Below are positions 1 to 14,010 of a stretch of DNA of 64,000 nt, piece after piece. Position 1 is the stretch's first letter. Every line of letters starts with the position of its first letter. The position numbers and the translations under genes are program-made. This stretch comes from Lingula anatina. Its lineage: Eukaryota > Animalia > Brachiopoda. The DNA lies in contig CM120640.1 in the NCBI GenBank assembly GCA_051362555.1, positions 48,152,788 to 48,216,787 of the forward strand, given 5' to 3'. Under the pieces are notes generated by a model that was not told the DNA's origin, did not search any database, and worked only from the letters and a program-made list of their open reading frames with translations.

Positions 1-1284
1 ATATTACCACTTCATAGGATAAGAATTACTACTTCATAGACCTACAAGTATGTGGACCTCAAACCGCCGTTGGACCTTATGTTCAAACACGTTATTTTTT
101 CGTTATCTCATTTATTTATTACTAATTATGAACTAGGATTTACAATAAGTTCAGTTCTATAGTAGGGCTTGCTTGTGTTTTACCCTCCTGCTATTTCGTG
201 AACTTGTTCAACAGATAGTGTAGGCCCTATTCTTTTATTCTCACTGAGAGATTTGAGAAGATGATTGATTTGACATTAACTTTATACAGCAATGTTTGAA
301 AATAGGGGTTTTTGTAGACAAAGGAACTGCTGCATTGCAATACATTTAAAACAATTATGTCATTAAATGTGTAACTATTTATTGACATAAACAATGTATC
401 GTTCATGTATCTTTATTCGCATGATGTACTGTACAGTAGGTCTAGATCTACTTCTCTGATGTACGTTTACTATAAGAGGCTATGTACAGCATGGTGAAGT
501 GGTATTTTGGATTGAAGACCTTGAATTACAGTACATAATGTACATATGATAATTAAAATGCGATTACAGGGAATAAAGTCATTATTTTGAAAACCAAAGT
601 CAACAGGCCTACAATACCAATTTTTTTAATTTACGAGCTTTATGCTAGACCTACTCACCACGGAAATACATGTAGGGCCTATTTGAATAAAATATGAGGA
701 AAATGCTTCTTAACAACCGCAGTTTTTATTTTAAAGAATTGTGTCGTATTTTGATATTTTTGATATTCTTCTGGTGAATGCGGCATGGGTTCAATTAATA
801 AATGACTGCTTTAATATATGCCGGTACACATAGGCCTACATGCATATATACACGTCCGAAAGAATCATTTCATTCACCGCCCACTATCATTTACAAAAAA
901 AGGTTAATCAAAGAATTTTTATGTCAAAATAACCAACTCCCAGCGGGCTCCAAAAATCACTTGAAGTCTATGAAGATTCGACATTCGATTTTAAAATCGA
1001 AAATATCTTCACGACCTGATTCCTCGAGCTCGGTATTTGGCGACAACGAAGCCTGGTGTTTAGGAATATCACCCATATACTGGAAAACAACAAAAAAAAA
1101 TAGATTGATTAAAATAACACAAATGTAAACGGATACTATGGTTGTGTCCTTACGTGTATGTGTGTGTTTGTGTGTGCGCGTATTCGTGAGTGTTTTTAAA
1201 AAGGGGTATTTCATTTCCCGTCATGTTTGCATTTCTAATCTTAACAAGTGAATTTTAAAAGAATCAAATGCCTTTTTTACTGGT

Positions 1285-1775
1285 TCAGGCTTCATCAATA
1301 TCTCCAAGAAGGTCGTCCACAATATCATCGACGTCGTTTTCGGTCAGATGGCTCATATCGAGGTCGTCGTTGGAACACCGTCTGATATAAAATTAAATCA
1401 TGCAAATTTATGCATTAAAATGATACACAGCTGTTTAACTAACTGTTTCACACCAATTTGTAAGACACGTTAAATAACCTTTACGAGGACGTTGTTTTAT
1501 AGGCACATAGGGTTGCAACTTCAAATGAATATAGACCACACGCACCCTTTGCTACATTCCACTTGTCCCAAGCGCGTCTCTGTTGCTGGAGTCTTGGCGA
1601 CATGCATTGACACGCCGACGACCGCCAAGTCGATGTTCGATTCCCCGGTTGATACATCCGAAGGACGGGGTCCAACTATATATACAAAGAATAGTTTTGT
1701 TATTCTCACATGATGATGTCCATGATGATGAAAATTACTTTTAAGAACATGTGAGGGATCATTTCCATACGCCAT
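1285..1775 (-). CDS. Putative small orphan spliced gene (about 117 aa; His-rich N-terminus, acidic C-terminus)
   Basis: Phase-consistent exons 1775-1710 (MAYGNDPSHVLKSNFHHHGHHH), 1675-1485 (LDPVLRMY...KTTS) and 1381-1285 (RCSNDDLDMSHLTENDVDDIVDDLLGDIDEA*), with GT/AG boundaries. The first intron would be only 34 nt and no family is recognised. Confidence 0.25.
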
Positions 1776-3600
1776 TGTACCTGTATAATCAGATAGCTAA
1801 TATATATTTTCCTTGCAAATGACCATAGCAGGGCTCTAGCACAACATCACAAGTTTACGTTTTCCAATGATTGTCAAGTTGTCTCAAAATAAATAGCTAA
1901 CTAAAAAAACAGCGGGTATGTTATCTATAAAAATATTGAATATCATCTGTTTGTATTTTAGATTTAAAAGATTGCAGGGATGTTGACAATTATGAAAATG
2001 CACCTTTCACACCACGCTGACAAAACATCCTGATCCTTTCGCAAAGTCCTAACTTCCTTCGAGTTGCTGAAATAAAAAAACGTAGGCCCTATGCAACGCT
2101 ACGATTTTTGAAAAATTGATAAAGATTTATGTAAATTTGATTTAATCTTGTAGATTACAACTTCTTGGTAAAATTTAAGCATTCAATAGCCTAGATAAAA
2201 GTTCGTCTACAAAGCTCAAATCTGTGAAAAATATAATTGAACATAATGTTATCTTTGATAGTTTGAGTACTTGATAGTGGATGAAATTCTTTGCTGTATT
2301 TAGCATATGGACGTAGTTTTTTTTTTTCATATATGTACCGGTATACATTACTAACCATTACTTGACTCTTCTTTTGTGTGATTATCACCAAACTTTAGCT
2401 TCTCAGAACCAAATGAGTATTCTAATTTTTTCAAATTATGTTGTTCGGGGATTTTTTCATTAGAAAAAAGCGACTTACATGATAAAATGTCGGTATAGGC
2501 CCTAATAGCCTGATTTCATCTATTTCAAAACATTTCAAATGAAAAATATTCATTTCAAAACTAAAATATAGTAGATAAAAACTTACTTGATTGATTGCAA
2601 CCCATAGATGAAAAATCAATATAGAAGTAAGAAGAAAATCTTCAAATGGTAGTCTTGCACCCAACGTTATGTCAGAAACAAATGTTTTGCTATGTGAAAA
2701 CTGGATTAAGGTACATTGACTATCATGACGTCATAACCCGACAAGAGACGACGGAATCGCGGTATTAGTGCATAAATCGCTTTGCCTTATTGAGCAAATT
2801 CTGTATAGAAACGGCGTTTTCAATTTCATTTAAAAATAAAAACCAACATTCTTTATTGATTTTTTTAAAAACATAATCTCGAAATGTTAGTTTCTGCAAT
2901 TTAAATTTATAGAATTCAATAAATGCCATTTGAAGCAATTAAACAACATAGAATTCAATAAATGCCATTTGAAGCCATTAAACAACTTTTATTTCAAAAA
3001 TATTATATCTGTAAGGGAATATATCTATAAAGGATTTATAACACAAAATATTTTTTTATATTGCATACGAAAAAAAGTTGAAATATATAAACACAATTAG
3101 CACCAATTAAGCTATGACTTATGACAAACTATTCTCGATCGAGTCATAGATCTATGATCGAGCCAAACATTGAAAACGTCCTGTGGCGCCTTGTCTGATT
3201 CGTAACATAAGAGGGGTTCTCCTGTAACCAGTTCTATGAACAAATACACTACACTGTAGGAAATTTGACCTCTGTATATCGAAATCTGATAGTTTTCACT
3301 AGCATCATCCACTCACTGAGCTACTCATCGACAGCGATCTGTATAATAGAACTTTGATTTTTTTTTTTTTTTTTTGAAACAGTATACAAAAATTCTTTTA
3401 AGAAACTAAATTCAAATATACGTTCACGCTAAATGTCTTCTGTGTAATATGCGGTAGATGTATGACCCGCAGTCAGAGGTTGAAGAAAATGTCACAGTGT
3501 AATAAACCATCAACAATGACAAAGTAAACCACCCTTTGTTACGTGTAGGACCACTCCCCGGAGGCATCTGCCTCAACCAAGTCATGGCCCTGGAAGATCG

Positions 3601-4222
3601 TCATCTGAATGTTTCCTTCACAATATCAACGTACGCCCTGTCCTCGTTCACCTTACAATCATATTCCAAATTATTCAAGCGACTTCCCCATGTTAGATGG
3701 CTGTCTCCTGGGTTGTAGAACTTGCTCTGTATCGTGGTCTTCATTGTCCCCAAATCCTTGATCTAGAGGGAATAAGTGGTATAATATTTTATCTACGACT
3801 ATAATGCTCATATTCATAAATGTAAGCAATATCAACATTTGTATATATATGGAACATATGGAACATTTACACTAAAATAGTGACACACACGATACTGAAA
3901 TTTTGGTACGTTACAATTTTTTGCGCCAAAGACAAGTAATACAAATCAAATAGGCTGTTAAATAAGGCGAATCTTTCTTCAGAACGTTATATGCTATTTT
4001 TTCCATACCACGAAAGAGGAGTCTTGAGCTAAAAAAAATCTGAGATGGAACTCAGCGCTGTTTCAAGAGTAACTTACATTTATTAGTACTAGCATGCTGT
4101 ACCTATTGGCCTTCTTGGTCACGGAGGAATATTGAGTATCCCAATCAGCTGTGTAGACAATCTGATCCTCGGATTTACTCGCCTCTTTCAGGGCAAGATC
4201 AACCCCATCCACTTGAACATTC
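3601..4222 (-). CDS. Putative partial spliced CDS of unknown function (5' exon(s) not identified)
   Basis: Exon 4222-4078 (NVQVDGVDLALKE...RYSMLVLIN, donor gtaagt) joins in phase to exon 3762-3601 (IKDLGTMKTTIQSKFYNPGDSHLTWGSRLNNLEYDCKVNEDRAYVDIVKETFR*). GC-richer than flanks, polypyrimidine-AG acceptors. No recognisable domain. Confidence 0.3.
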
Positions 4223-6689
4223 CTAGAAAATAGCACGAGGTAAATGAATATCACGGAAATGGAAAGCTCAATCACTCTGAATCTGAAAGTCTCCATCTGT
4301 CACTTCACTCACTGATACCTAGGACCCAGCAAACAACTGACTATAGGGGCTTCGTTGATGATTATGAGCAGTAATTAAGATGTTTTTTAACACTAAAACA
4401 AACTTCAATCTAGATAACTTTCGCGTCTTTATATAAATTGCTCCATCTCTCTCTCATGCACGCTTTCACATAGGCATTTACACACACGCTTAGCTCCAGC
4501 AGTTGGGTCTGAAATGCACTTTTTTTATCGAAACAAAGTTTCTTTTTTTTTTAGAAAGAAAGCAGTGACGACTGCACAGACTGTACACTGTCTGCTGGTA
4601 TTTCAGTAACGACAGTCATCGTTACCCTGAGTCCCACGTACCGTTTACTGAAACCAGCATCATCAAAATACATGTACTCATGTCGTTTCCAGTGAGAGTG
4701 GACTGTTGAGTTAGTAGCCTACAGTGTACTTTGAAGCGCGAGGCGTGTGCTCTGCTGCGAACCATCTATATTAAGCCCCTAGTTACTTACAGGACCCTGC
4801 ATCTAAAACCCGCATTCAACTGTAATCGTGTGCGTAACTGACCTTCTTCATTGTGCATGTGATGTCTTATCATTCTACACATGAAAACGTTTTATCTAAA
4901 CGTCCCCTCTATTATGAATGTGTGTGACCTATATTGTACGACTCAATTTACTCACGAGTTTAAATGAGATGTTTTTATCTACGTCTACGTCAATGTTCAT
5001 CCATTTCCCCAATCAGATGTGCAGTAAATGCTGGCTCGTTCCAAGGTCTAAAAAGTGTTCCTTTGTATATTAACAGGTATAAAGAGAAAACATCCGACTC
5101 CGACACAACTCCTGACATATCAGTGCTTTTCATATTTTCCACCGTATCGCATTTATCATATAGCTTCAAAGCATAAAAAAGTGTCAGAATACAAGCTCAA
5201 ACATACAATTTATAACTAATGGGTAAAGGATATAAAATGAGGGGTCGAGTTTTAGGCTGAGCTAACGCAGAGAAGTTTTTACATTGGCATAATTAATGAA
5301 CAGGAACGCATCACTAGTTTTAACGCTTTTCAAACACGCAAAACTGGAATCATTGTTTGGAGTTTTGATAATTCACAAACAATGGTCTAGTAATATGCAT
5401 ACCAAAATTTAGCCTGTTTACGCATAAAGTTCGTTTTGCGATTAAAGTTAGGGAATATAATTCATGACAATTCACCCTATTTTGTATGTGTAACGAAGAC
5501 GAATATGAGAGATCCTCTCAATTTATTGCAACCGAATCTGTCACATGTCCTAGTAAACAGGAAGGGAATTTATCTGACCAGTATCTGTCATAATCAGGCC
5601 TTCATTGTTAGGAACTAAATGCGTTCATATATCTTTAAAAATTAAGTTTATATTAAAATTTAACTTCGACCCCTTATGCTAGAGGTGGTTTGCAGAGCTG
5701 GACACTGAAATGTGTGTGTTTGAATGTGTGTGTGTGTGTGTGTGTGTGTGTTATCGTCTGTGTTAACGTCAATATGCATCAACAAATGTCATCTTTCCAG
5801 CCCTTCTCCCCTCACCCAGTCTTCCAGTTCCCTCTCTCTCTTTTTTTTCTTTCTTTCTTTCGTTAAGTCAAAATAAAATTCATCAACTTACGTTAATTCC
5901 CTATGTGGTTTTATTCTAAACTGTAGTTCGTATACAGTTTGCACGCACAATTTCACAGTTTTCTGAGTCCCAAATCGCAGACCATCTTCTTTATAGTGTG
6001 CCTCTCGTTCACTAGACGGGTGTCGTATTCCCACGGAAATTTTGAAATTTTGAGCCATCTATTTTGGAAGTGTTCTGTTAGTTCATCAATATGTGCTGTG
6101 CTGACAAGTCGCAGTCATGAGGGGCGTTTACCTCGATTGTTTACATGCAATATACTCATACAATACACGCACGGGATCGGGTAAAAGTCACGTGCCTTTT
6201 CGTTCCCGCATATGGTAATGTCCAGTTAATATGGTGCCCAACTTTGTTACTGTAATAGTTGCCTCCTTTTTTAACGGAACTTTATTGAGATCAGCTGATA
6301 CTCAGACAAAAGAAAAGCTTTCAGACTACCTGATGTAATTGAAGAACAGGATAATAATTATCAACTGCACACCGATGCCATCGTCTACCTTATAGGCACA
6401 AAGGTCGATCAGGAAGATTATACGATATGTTTGGTCATGTCAGCTGTTGTATAAACACAAACTAGCTCGTGGTTACTTTGTCAAGTCTCACTGTGCAACA
6501 GTCAGTTTTGAAGGTTTTCATATCTTTCATAATTTCGAGTGGACTATCTGGTGTTACAACACATCTATTAAAAAAATCATGATAAGGATTCGCATCTCTA
6601 AAACCCGATGTACCCAATGAATCATTATATTCTCAAACAAGAACAACTGTCATTTAGCAAACAGATTTCAACTAATTTTGCAGGGATTT

Positions 6690-7368
6690 ATAACATCCGA
6701 TAGTGGAGGAGGTTATGTTTTTGTTACCGTTAGTGGGTTTTTGTCTGTGTACACCATCACGCAAAAGTAATGGACACATCTTGACAAAACTTTCAGGATA
6801 GGTCACAAACGCCCAATTAGATTTTGATGATCCATTGACTAATTAAATTTTCAGGATAGGTAATAAATGGGCCAATTTCATGAAAATTTTGGGATAGTCC
6901 AGAAACGGACAAAGGCAGAAATTATGATAAGAATGTGGGAATTTTCCATTAATCAAATAATAATGTAAGGCTTTTTATGAAATTTTCTTATGCAAATGAA
7001 CCAAAGAAGAAATTATTAGATTTTGGCGATGATTAATTACTTAAGTCAGTAAGTAATGTTTAGTTATTAGATAATTAGGCTGCGTTCACATGCAAAATCT
7101 ATTTTCTAAAAATCTACTTGCGGTATCTTGTGATCACGGTCTGTGCCCTGAATACCCCACGGCGTATTTACAGGCAGCGCGAGCCAGTTACTCCCAAAGC
7201 TGTAATTAATTCTCGGCGCTGCCAGTAATTACGCCACGGGGAATTCAGGGCACAGACCGTGATCACAAGATACCGCAAATAGATTTTTAGATTTTTAGAA
7301 AATAGACTTTGCTTGTGAACGCAGCCTTATTTCTTGGCAGAGGTTGCATTCTCCGAGTGCTTTTCTAT
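6690..7368 (+). mobile_element. Helentron-associated (HINE/DINE-1-like) non-autonomous element, degenerate copy
   Basis: Begins GGAGGAGGTTATGTTTT and ends CTTGGCAGAGGTTGCATTCTCCGAGTGCTTTTCTA, the same terminal motifs as the copies at 41811 and 51153. Confidence 0.6.
7078..7326. mobile_element. PIF/Harbinger-type MITE (long fold-back), nested in the HINE-like element
   Basis: TIRs GGCTGCGTTCACA...TGTGAACGCAGCC extending inward for about 110 bp; flanking TTA target-site duplication. Confidence 0.8.
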
Positions 7369-8068
7369 TTTTCAATAATTCAGATATATAAAAAACACTG
7401 CTATTTTCTTAAAGCAAAATCAATTTTAAGACAACACTGTCTATGAAAACAAGTAGAACTTGATTTTAATTCAACAATTTATTCAACAATTATTCTGCTT
7501 ATCTAAGACATTCTGTTCAACACCAATATCATCAATACATCACTATACACTGTACAAAGTGGGCAAGCAAATGAACTTGCACGTTTGTGTCTGTGCATGC
7601 ACAGCCAAGTTACACACTGAGATTCCTGCAGGTTGCAGATATGGTTTTGAAGCAATTTAAAGAGTGCACTGCTGGCTTTAAGTTACAGTACAATTTCAAT
7701 CACTATTTGCAATATTTTGAAATATATATTAAGATGCTATATGCAAGCAATTGTCTTAATTTTGTCAATATGTAAGAGAGGTCCAAGAGCCAACTTATTG
7801 AAGAGATTATAAATATGCACCACATCTTTTTTATCTGATGCACACCATATTGCATCTTTGACATATAAATTCTTCTTCCCTGCTTTTGTGTTTTAAGACT
7901 GGCATTCTCTAAATCCCTTTGAAAACAAACAATTAATGTACAGCTGAGTGAACCAATTGATGCCTTTGCCAGTTGAAGCTTTCCAAATGAAAACACAATC
8001 ATTTACTTGGATGTAATTTGTGAGATATTAAATGGTACATGTATGTTGTTTTCAGTTTCTTTCAAATA

Positions 8069-8226
8069 GCAGTCCAGTAGCCATGGGGGTTTCAAAAGAA
8101 CCCCCCTTTTTTCCGGAAAAGGCCCTTCTGAGAAACATTTTATCTATATCCTCAAGGTTTCAAGGTAAAAAGTCCAAATTTTCAAAAAAAGAACTTCCCT
8201 TTTGAAATTGCTGGCTACAGGCCTGA
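8069..8226 (-). mobile_element. Short TIR element (CAGGCCYGTAGCCAG family); also at about 22893-23048 and 61977-62143
   Basis: Ends CAGTCCAGTAGCCA...CTGGCTACAGGCCTG; the interior is the reverse complement of the copy at 61977. Confidence 0.6.
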
Positions 8227-8277
8227 GTAGCCCAAATGATGCAGTTACTGCACAAGCACGTCTTGAAAAAACCCTGA

Positions 8278-10421
8278 TTAGGAGTGTGGAACTGTCTCAG
8301 TTGTGATTGACAGCTCAGTCTTTTTTTCCCTTTTCACTCGTACTTGTATGTGTTGCACAAGTAGCAAGTCCCGTTGAGGTCTCTTCACTCTTATGCGTAT
8401 ACATGCAGTGTAGTAGTCAGAATTTGTTATATTGAGCTCCTGCCAGTAAAAAAATGAGCTGTCAATTTTTCCAACAACCTCAAAACTACCACACTCCTTC
8501 ACAGCTGAACCATTCAAGTCAGAAGAACCACCTGGATCCACTTTGCCAATTTCTACGACACCAGCTTTTAAAAAATCACGTTTATGATTTTCATTACTGG
8601 TATGAATGGCAATGGCATCAATTCTAATAAGTTCCTTGAATCTCACCAATATATAACCACCTGGTGATGGCCTTGTCCAGAAATATTTATCATCATACCC
8701 ATATGCATTTTCTATGATGTTGTTAGCTCTTGGAGCCATGTTTGATTCAAGAGTTGCTGGGGGATTTGGTTCTTTGAATGTTGGGATATCTTTCCCTCCA
8801 AAATATCTGTCTTTTAGCTTATTAAAGCCAAGAACTGGTTTTTCCTGAAGTGATGAAACTAGACCCTCATGCTGAAAAAGTGTTGGTTTTCTTATATATT
8901 TTGATTTCTGACCCATAGATGTCATGAAGTGGTTGATAAGCCAATCACATGGCTGTTCGTCATAAAACAACAACAGATATTGCCCAAGAAGTAGAACATC
9001 CTGCAAGCGCAACAATTTCCCAATAAATCCCAAATGGGAAAATTCAAGCATGATCCATTTTTTTGTACTAACCACTGAAATATAATCTTTAATGGCTGCA
9101 ATAAACTTGGGGGCACACACCACATCATCTTCAATCTGAATATAGTAACTAGATATATTATGACCATAGATAAACATGAAGGCGAAGTCAATATTTTGTT
9201 TGGATCTCCACTTGACTCGTAAAGGGTCATCATTAAAATTTCTCTTTAAATTATCAAGTTGAGGATAGAGCTCCTCAGATACTTGGACAACTTGAAGGAA
9301 TCCACTGTTCAGATACACCTCATATTTTTCCATTATCATGTGTATAACACGATGATTATGATGCCTGTCAAAGTCTGCCAAAAACACCATCACAACGACT
9401 TCTTCCTTTTCCTGCTCTGATATTTCCCTGATAAGAGACTCCAGTGTTTGAAAGAGATATCCATCTCCATTTAATCTTTTAATAGATGGAACTCCGATTG
9501 TTAGAAAACCTAATTAAAAAGTAAAACATGACATTCACAGCAACATTATATTTAGAAAAAAAATGATGTTAACCACAAATTAAGTAAAATGACAAAAATG
9601 GTTGTATTCATCATATAAGTTTCATGAAAACTGATCTGGCTAAAAGTAACCACTTTAAGAGCAGACCTTTGTAAGAGTGGGCCTAGCACAATATATACAA
9701 TTAATGTTTACTTTGTGCAGAAAGTTTAGATGAAATAAGAATGATGCATGAGGTAATATTTTATAAACTTTATGAAAATTTAACCCACAGTTCAGAAACA
9801 ATTTGAAAGTTTTGCTTTGCTGATATCTTGAAAAATTAAAGCTATAATATGGCTCTGCATAAAAAAATTAGTAATGAAAAGTTACTTGATCAATATCGTG
9901 ATAATATTTCACATACTGTCACTATTGTCATACCTTTTTTGTCTCTCCTTGCTCCCATGACATTGACAAAAGGATGTTGTATAGAGCTCGCTTCCACAGT
10001 GTCTATCTGTGACTCTGGATTCTCAAAGAAACTAACCTTCTCAACTGATGCCTCTGAAAAAGGAGAAGTTTTCTAAATCACATCCATCATGTTCATATTT
10101 TGAAAATATAATGCATATAACCCACAGAATAAACATTTTACTTTAAAAACATTTTACTTTGCTTTTGTTCATGTTAAAATAATCCAACAATGTTTTTTTT
10201 TTTTTTTTGGTTAATTATATTCAAAGTCTAAAATCCGTTAATATGCAGTATGCTTTCCTTTAAAAAACGGTACCTGTCAGCATATTCAGTTCATCCACAT
10301 TTTCAGATATGTCAGCATGATACCGTTGTGATATATCAGGTATTTGAAAAAACGAAAGACATGCAATGATGACCACAGTGGCAAGAAATTGTCCATGTAA
10401 CCGACGTGAACTTTTTGGCAT
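8278..10421 (-). CDS. MGAT4C: Alpha-1,3-mannosyl-glycoprotein 4-beta-N-acetylglucosaminyltransferase (GnT-IV, GT54), MGAT4C-like, copy 1, 499 aa
   Basis: Exons 10421-10274, 10053-9934 and 9509-8278 (1500 nt, phases consistent). N-terminal type II TM (FLATVVIIACLSFF); family motifs FLTIGVPSIKR, VFLADFD, WRSKQNIDFAF, YYIQIEDDV, LEFSHLGFIGKL, PCDWL, LFQHEG; C-terminal lectin region. Exact paralog identity is uncertain. Confidence 0.9.
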
Positions 10422-10967
10422 GGTTTCTGCTGTCTTCTTCTCACAATTTTAAGAATCCTCTTTGTTCCAATGCTTTCAAGACATTCTTAACCTGTAGCAA
10501 AAAATAAATAAATAAATAAATAAAACAAAAAGATATAAGTTCAAAAAATGGAATAACCAACAACTAAGGTGAATTTTGAAAAGCAGAAGTCATTTTTTTT
10601 CTGTTTTCAAACCAAGTGGCCTAAATGATCAACTCAACACATTATCCTACAGCAAGGCTTTTCCCAGCAAACCAATATTTTCAAAGATGGCTGGACAGCT
10701 TATGATTTTTTTTTCTTTTCTGAAAAATGATGGCTTGAACTCCTTGGAAATTTGTAGGAAATTACAGGTGATAATTTTGGATGGACGGTACCCCCCAATC
10801 CTGGGAGAATCCGTGTCCTACAGTAATCAACTAGAGGATCAGAGAGGCGATACCGCCTCCTGTTATAGTACCACCAGCTGGAGTAAGCGCATTCGTATGG
10901 AAAACCAAAAAAAGGGTCACCACCACCACCACCAGTGTTGAGCTTGACAAGCTCTATAAAATGCAAT

Positions 10968-12562
10968 AAACAAGAGCTCTCAAAATATGCAAAAAGAAGT
11001 GAAAAAACAGCATAACTGTAAAAATAGTCTGATCAAGCTTATTTTCGAATTAAGCTGTATTTTTGTAATATTGATCACTCCTGTGATTTTCAAGACAGTA
11101 GACATATGGGTTTTCCTTGAAATGTGTTATCAGCGTTGCATATATGTTGAATAAAAAGAAAACCCAGGAGAAACACTGGGCATATCTCTGCCAGATTTGA
11201 AGATATGAGGGGCAGAAAATATGCAATTTGCAGTTCATGGTGAAAAAGTAAGTCAAAGGTCAAATTCAAGGTCACAGTAAGATTGCCAAAATGTGAGTTC
11301 TTATTCAAGTTGAATAGTAACTATAGTCATATCTCTGCCAGTTTTCGAGATATAAGGGCTAGAAGATTTGCAAAGTTCAGTTCATGGTGAAAAGTAGGTC
11401 AAAGGTCAATTTCAAAGTCACCGTTAGATTGCCAGTATAAGACTTGTTATTCAAGTTCAACAGTAACTATGCGCGTATCTTTGCCAGTTTTCGAGATATA
11501 AAGGATAGAAAATTTGCAAAGTTCAGTTCATGGTGAAAAGTAGGTCAAAGGTCAATTTCAAGGTCATAGTTAGATAGCCAGTATATGGCTTCCTATTCCA
11601 GTTCAATAGTAAATATGGGCGTATCCCTGCCATTTTTCGAGATATAAGAGACAGCAAATTTGCAAAGTTCAGTTTATGGTGAAAAGTAGGTCAAAGGTCA
11701 CTTTCAAGGTCACAATAAGATTGCCAGTATATGAATTCCTATTCAAGTTCAATAGTAAATATGGACGTATCTCTGCTAATTTTTGAGTATTTCACATCTA
11801 ATTTTTACCACAAAGTCTTGCAACGTTGTACTTTTTGATATAGCGCATCTCCTAAACCATATTAAAAACAAAAAAAAACTGACACCACTGCCAGTATTGG
11901 CATTGACAAGCTCTACAAAATGCAACAAACAAGACGTCTCTGGCATTTATGGTTCCAGAATAAGAGAGTTTTCAGTTTCAGCATCTAATGGCTGCTTCTT
12001 CCATGAAAATGCACCAATTGACCCCAAACTCCCAAAGATGAAAGGAGTCCCTAATTGTAACCTCTCATTATGATATGAGAGTTTAGGTCTGTGTAGTTTC
12101 TGAAAATTGGCAAAAACAAATATTTTTTTGCAGAAAATTTCCATTTTTTGAAAATTTTGGCCTGTTTGACCTTGAAATAAAGGTCAAAAGTCAAATCCAA
12201 GGGCATATTTGGAATCTCCACATATGACTTTCGGTCAAGCTTCTGTAGAATTTTTTCTCATAGTTCCTTCAGTTTGGGAGATATTTGGCATTGAATTTTC
12301 AAAAATTTTGACAAGGGTGCGTTTGAACGAGCGCCACGCCCAGGCCAATGCACCAACTGAGACAAAAAAACCAGGGGGTTCAAGTTGAGATTATATGTGA
12401 CCTAAATCCAAGAGATGGGGACACAGGTCCTTGCGGTCTAGGAGGAGAAGCAGTAACGGTGACTTGTATCCCATGCCATCCTGCGGAGCCGCAGGAGCCG
12501 GCAGAGCTGTACGAGACGGGTCGGGACTAAAACCATGAGTACCACCAGCGTGTACTAATTAA
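10968..12562. mobile_element. Two adjacent non-autonomous (HINE-like) elements, the first containing about 4.3 tandem 147-148-bp repeats
   Basis: Unit ...AAAGTTCAGTTCATGGTGAAAAGTAGGTCAAAGGTCAATTTCAAGGTCAC... recurs with unit starts near 11181, 11328, 11476, 11622 and 11768. Both parts start AAACAAGA, preceded by a similar TTGACAAGCTCTAYAAAATGCAA sequence. The second part ends GAGTACCACCAGCGTGTACTAATTAA. Confidence 0.55.
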
Positions 12563-13861
12563 CTTACGTGACCTCAGCTGTAAACACTATGGTTAACATG
12601 ACATCATTAGGACAAGGCTTAAACTTTTCAGTTTTAGAGTGTGCAATTAACGTAGTGTAGCACAAGAACAAAAAGTTGAGCTCCCTTATGAGAATGAAGG
12701 CACACAGATGATTTTAGCATGTTTAAGATGATAATTTCTATAAAAAAATCAATTAAATGTAATATGCAGCTCAAGAAAAGTAGTTTTAATGTAAGTGTTT
12801 TATATTATTGTTTTTGAAGATTTTAGAAATAACTTTTAAATTGTTTTGATGTTTGCTACACAAAAAAACTTTGTTAAAAAAAAATTCAGCTTAGAATTGA
12901 TCTTCCGTTGTTGACTTCATTGCCTCACTCATAAGAAATTAGAACTGTCAGTCAAAATGTGGAAATAGAAATTTAAAAATATAAACTTGTTTTGCCCTTG
13001 CAAAAGGGTTCTTTTATATGCATTACCTGCAATTAACCTTACTACAATTTTCAATGCATTTTGCAATATTATCATCACTTTGTCACATGGAGTATTTTGT
13101 CTTTAATGGTAAGGGGAACTGGAAACTCCCTTGGGGGAGCAGATATAACTAAAAATACAAAGGGAATCCTACCCTACATAAAGATTATGTCTGACAGACT
13201 AAAGAAAATTTTTTATCACTTTGTAGCACTCCTATTGACGATTCTGATATGTACTGTCTGTGCTAACGCATGCAAGCAAAGGCCTCAAAAAGTTGGAAAT
13301 GAAAACCGGTTGCTGAACCAGCCGCAGTGCAGCAGCTCTCAATTTTTTATTCTCAAAGTATGATACTCAAAGTATTTTGAATTTTCGTGCTAATCACTTT
13401 GGTTCTGTAGCATCTTATGAAACCATTTAACACATTAAGAAATTAATTATTCAAAGTAAAAGACAGCATCCTTTAGGGAAAGTTGCCCAAAGTTGTGTAT
13501 GGTATAAGATGTTATATTAGGAAAGTGAATGCAAAGACTCATATGTGGGCACGCTCGGCTGTTACCTTGATTGGATAGTAAACGATCGTCGTAAAATCGC
13601 TAAATGATATTAAAACCGGGTGCATAAACTTGAAAACCACCTAGGACAAGCTTAGACTGCCACATTAATCCAATACAATGCAAAAATAAACTATAACAAG
13701 TGGTTAAAGCCTTCAAACCGAATGTCGTAAAGTCCCCATATACCCCCATAGAGACAATAAAATAGAGTAAGCTTGTGAAACAAGATTCCACAATTTTAAA
13801 CATAATAATCGAAATAAAATACTGCCTGGCATCGGAGCGGCCTAAAACTTGGCACGCTTAC

Positions 13862-14010
13862 CGCAAATACTGCAGGCTACATCATCCCGTTGCTCGTTTG
13901 TAAATTCCGTGCATGGCATACGCACAATCAAACCGTAAATCCAAATTCCACCTCTGATGCTTGAGTCGGTTCTCTCCACTATCCAGATCAGGAAGTGACG
14001 TAACCGCAGA
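13862..14010 (-). promoter_or_regulatory. Putative promoter and non-coding first exon of MGAT4 copy 1
   Basis: Composite ETS-CRE motif AGGAAGTGACGTA at 13990-14002 in a CpG-richer patch; minus-strand donor G|GTAAG at 13861; matching acceptor upstream of the ATG exon at 10492. Confidence 0.45.

Noticed and set aside
3300-3603. Selenocysteine reading of the TGA at 3601 (…KETFR-U-RSSRAM…) and further TGAs in the next exon
   Set aside because: No similarity to any selenoprotein family I recognise, no redox motif context and no SECIS identified; an ordinary stop explains it.
8922-9233. Alternative-frame 103-aa ORFs in both MGAT4 copies, and antisense ORFs over D8C, RFWD3 and LINE exons
   Set aside because: Shadows of real coding sequence; their recurrence reflects the duplication only.
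11100-11790. CRISPR-like array
   Set aside because: Eukaryotic context; whole units are homologous (no unique spacers) and there are no cas genes.
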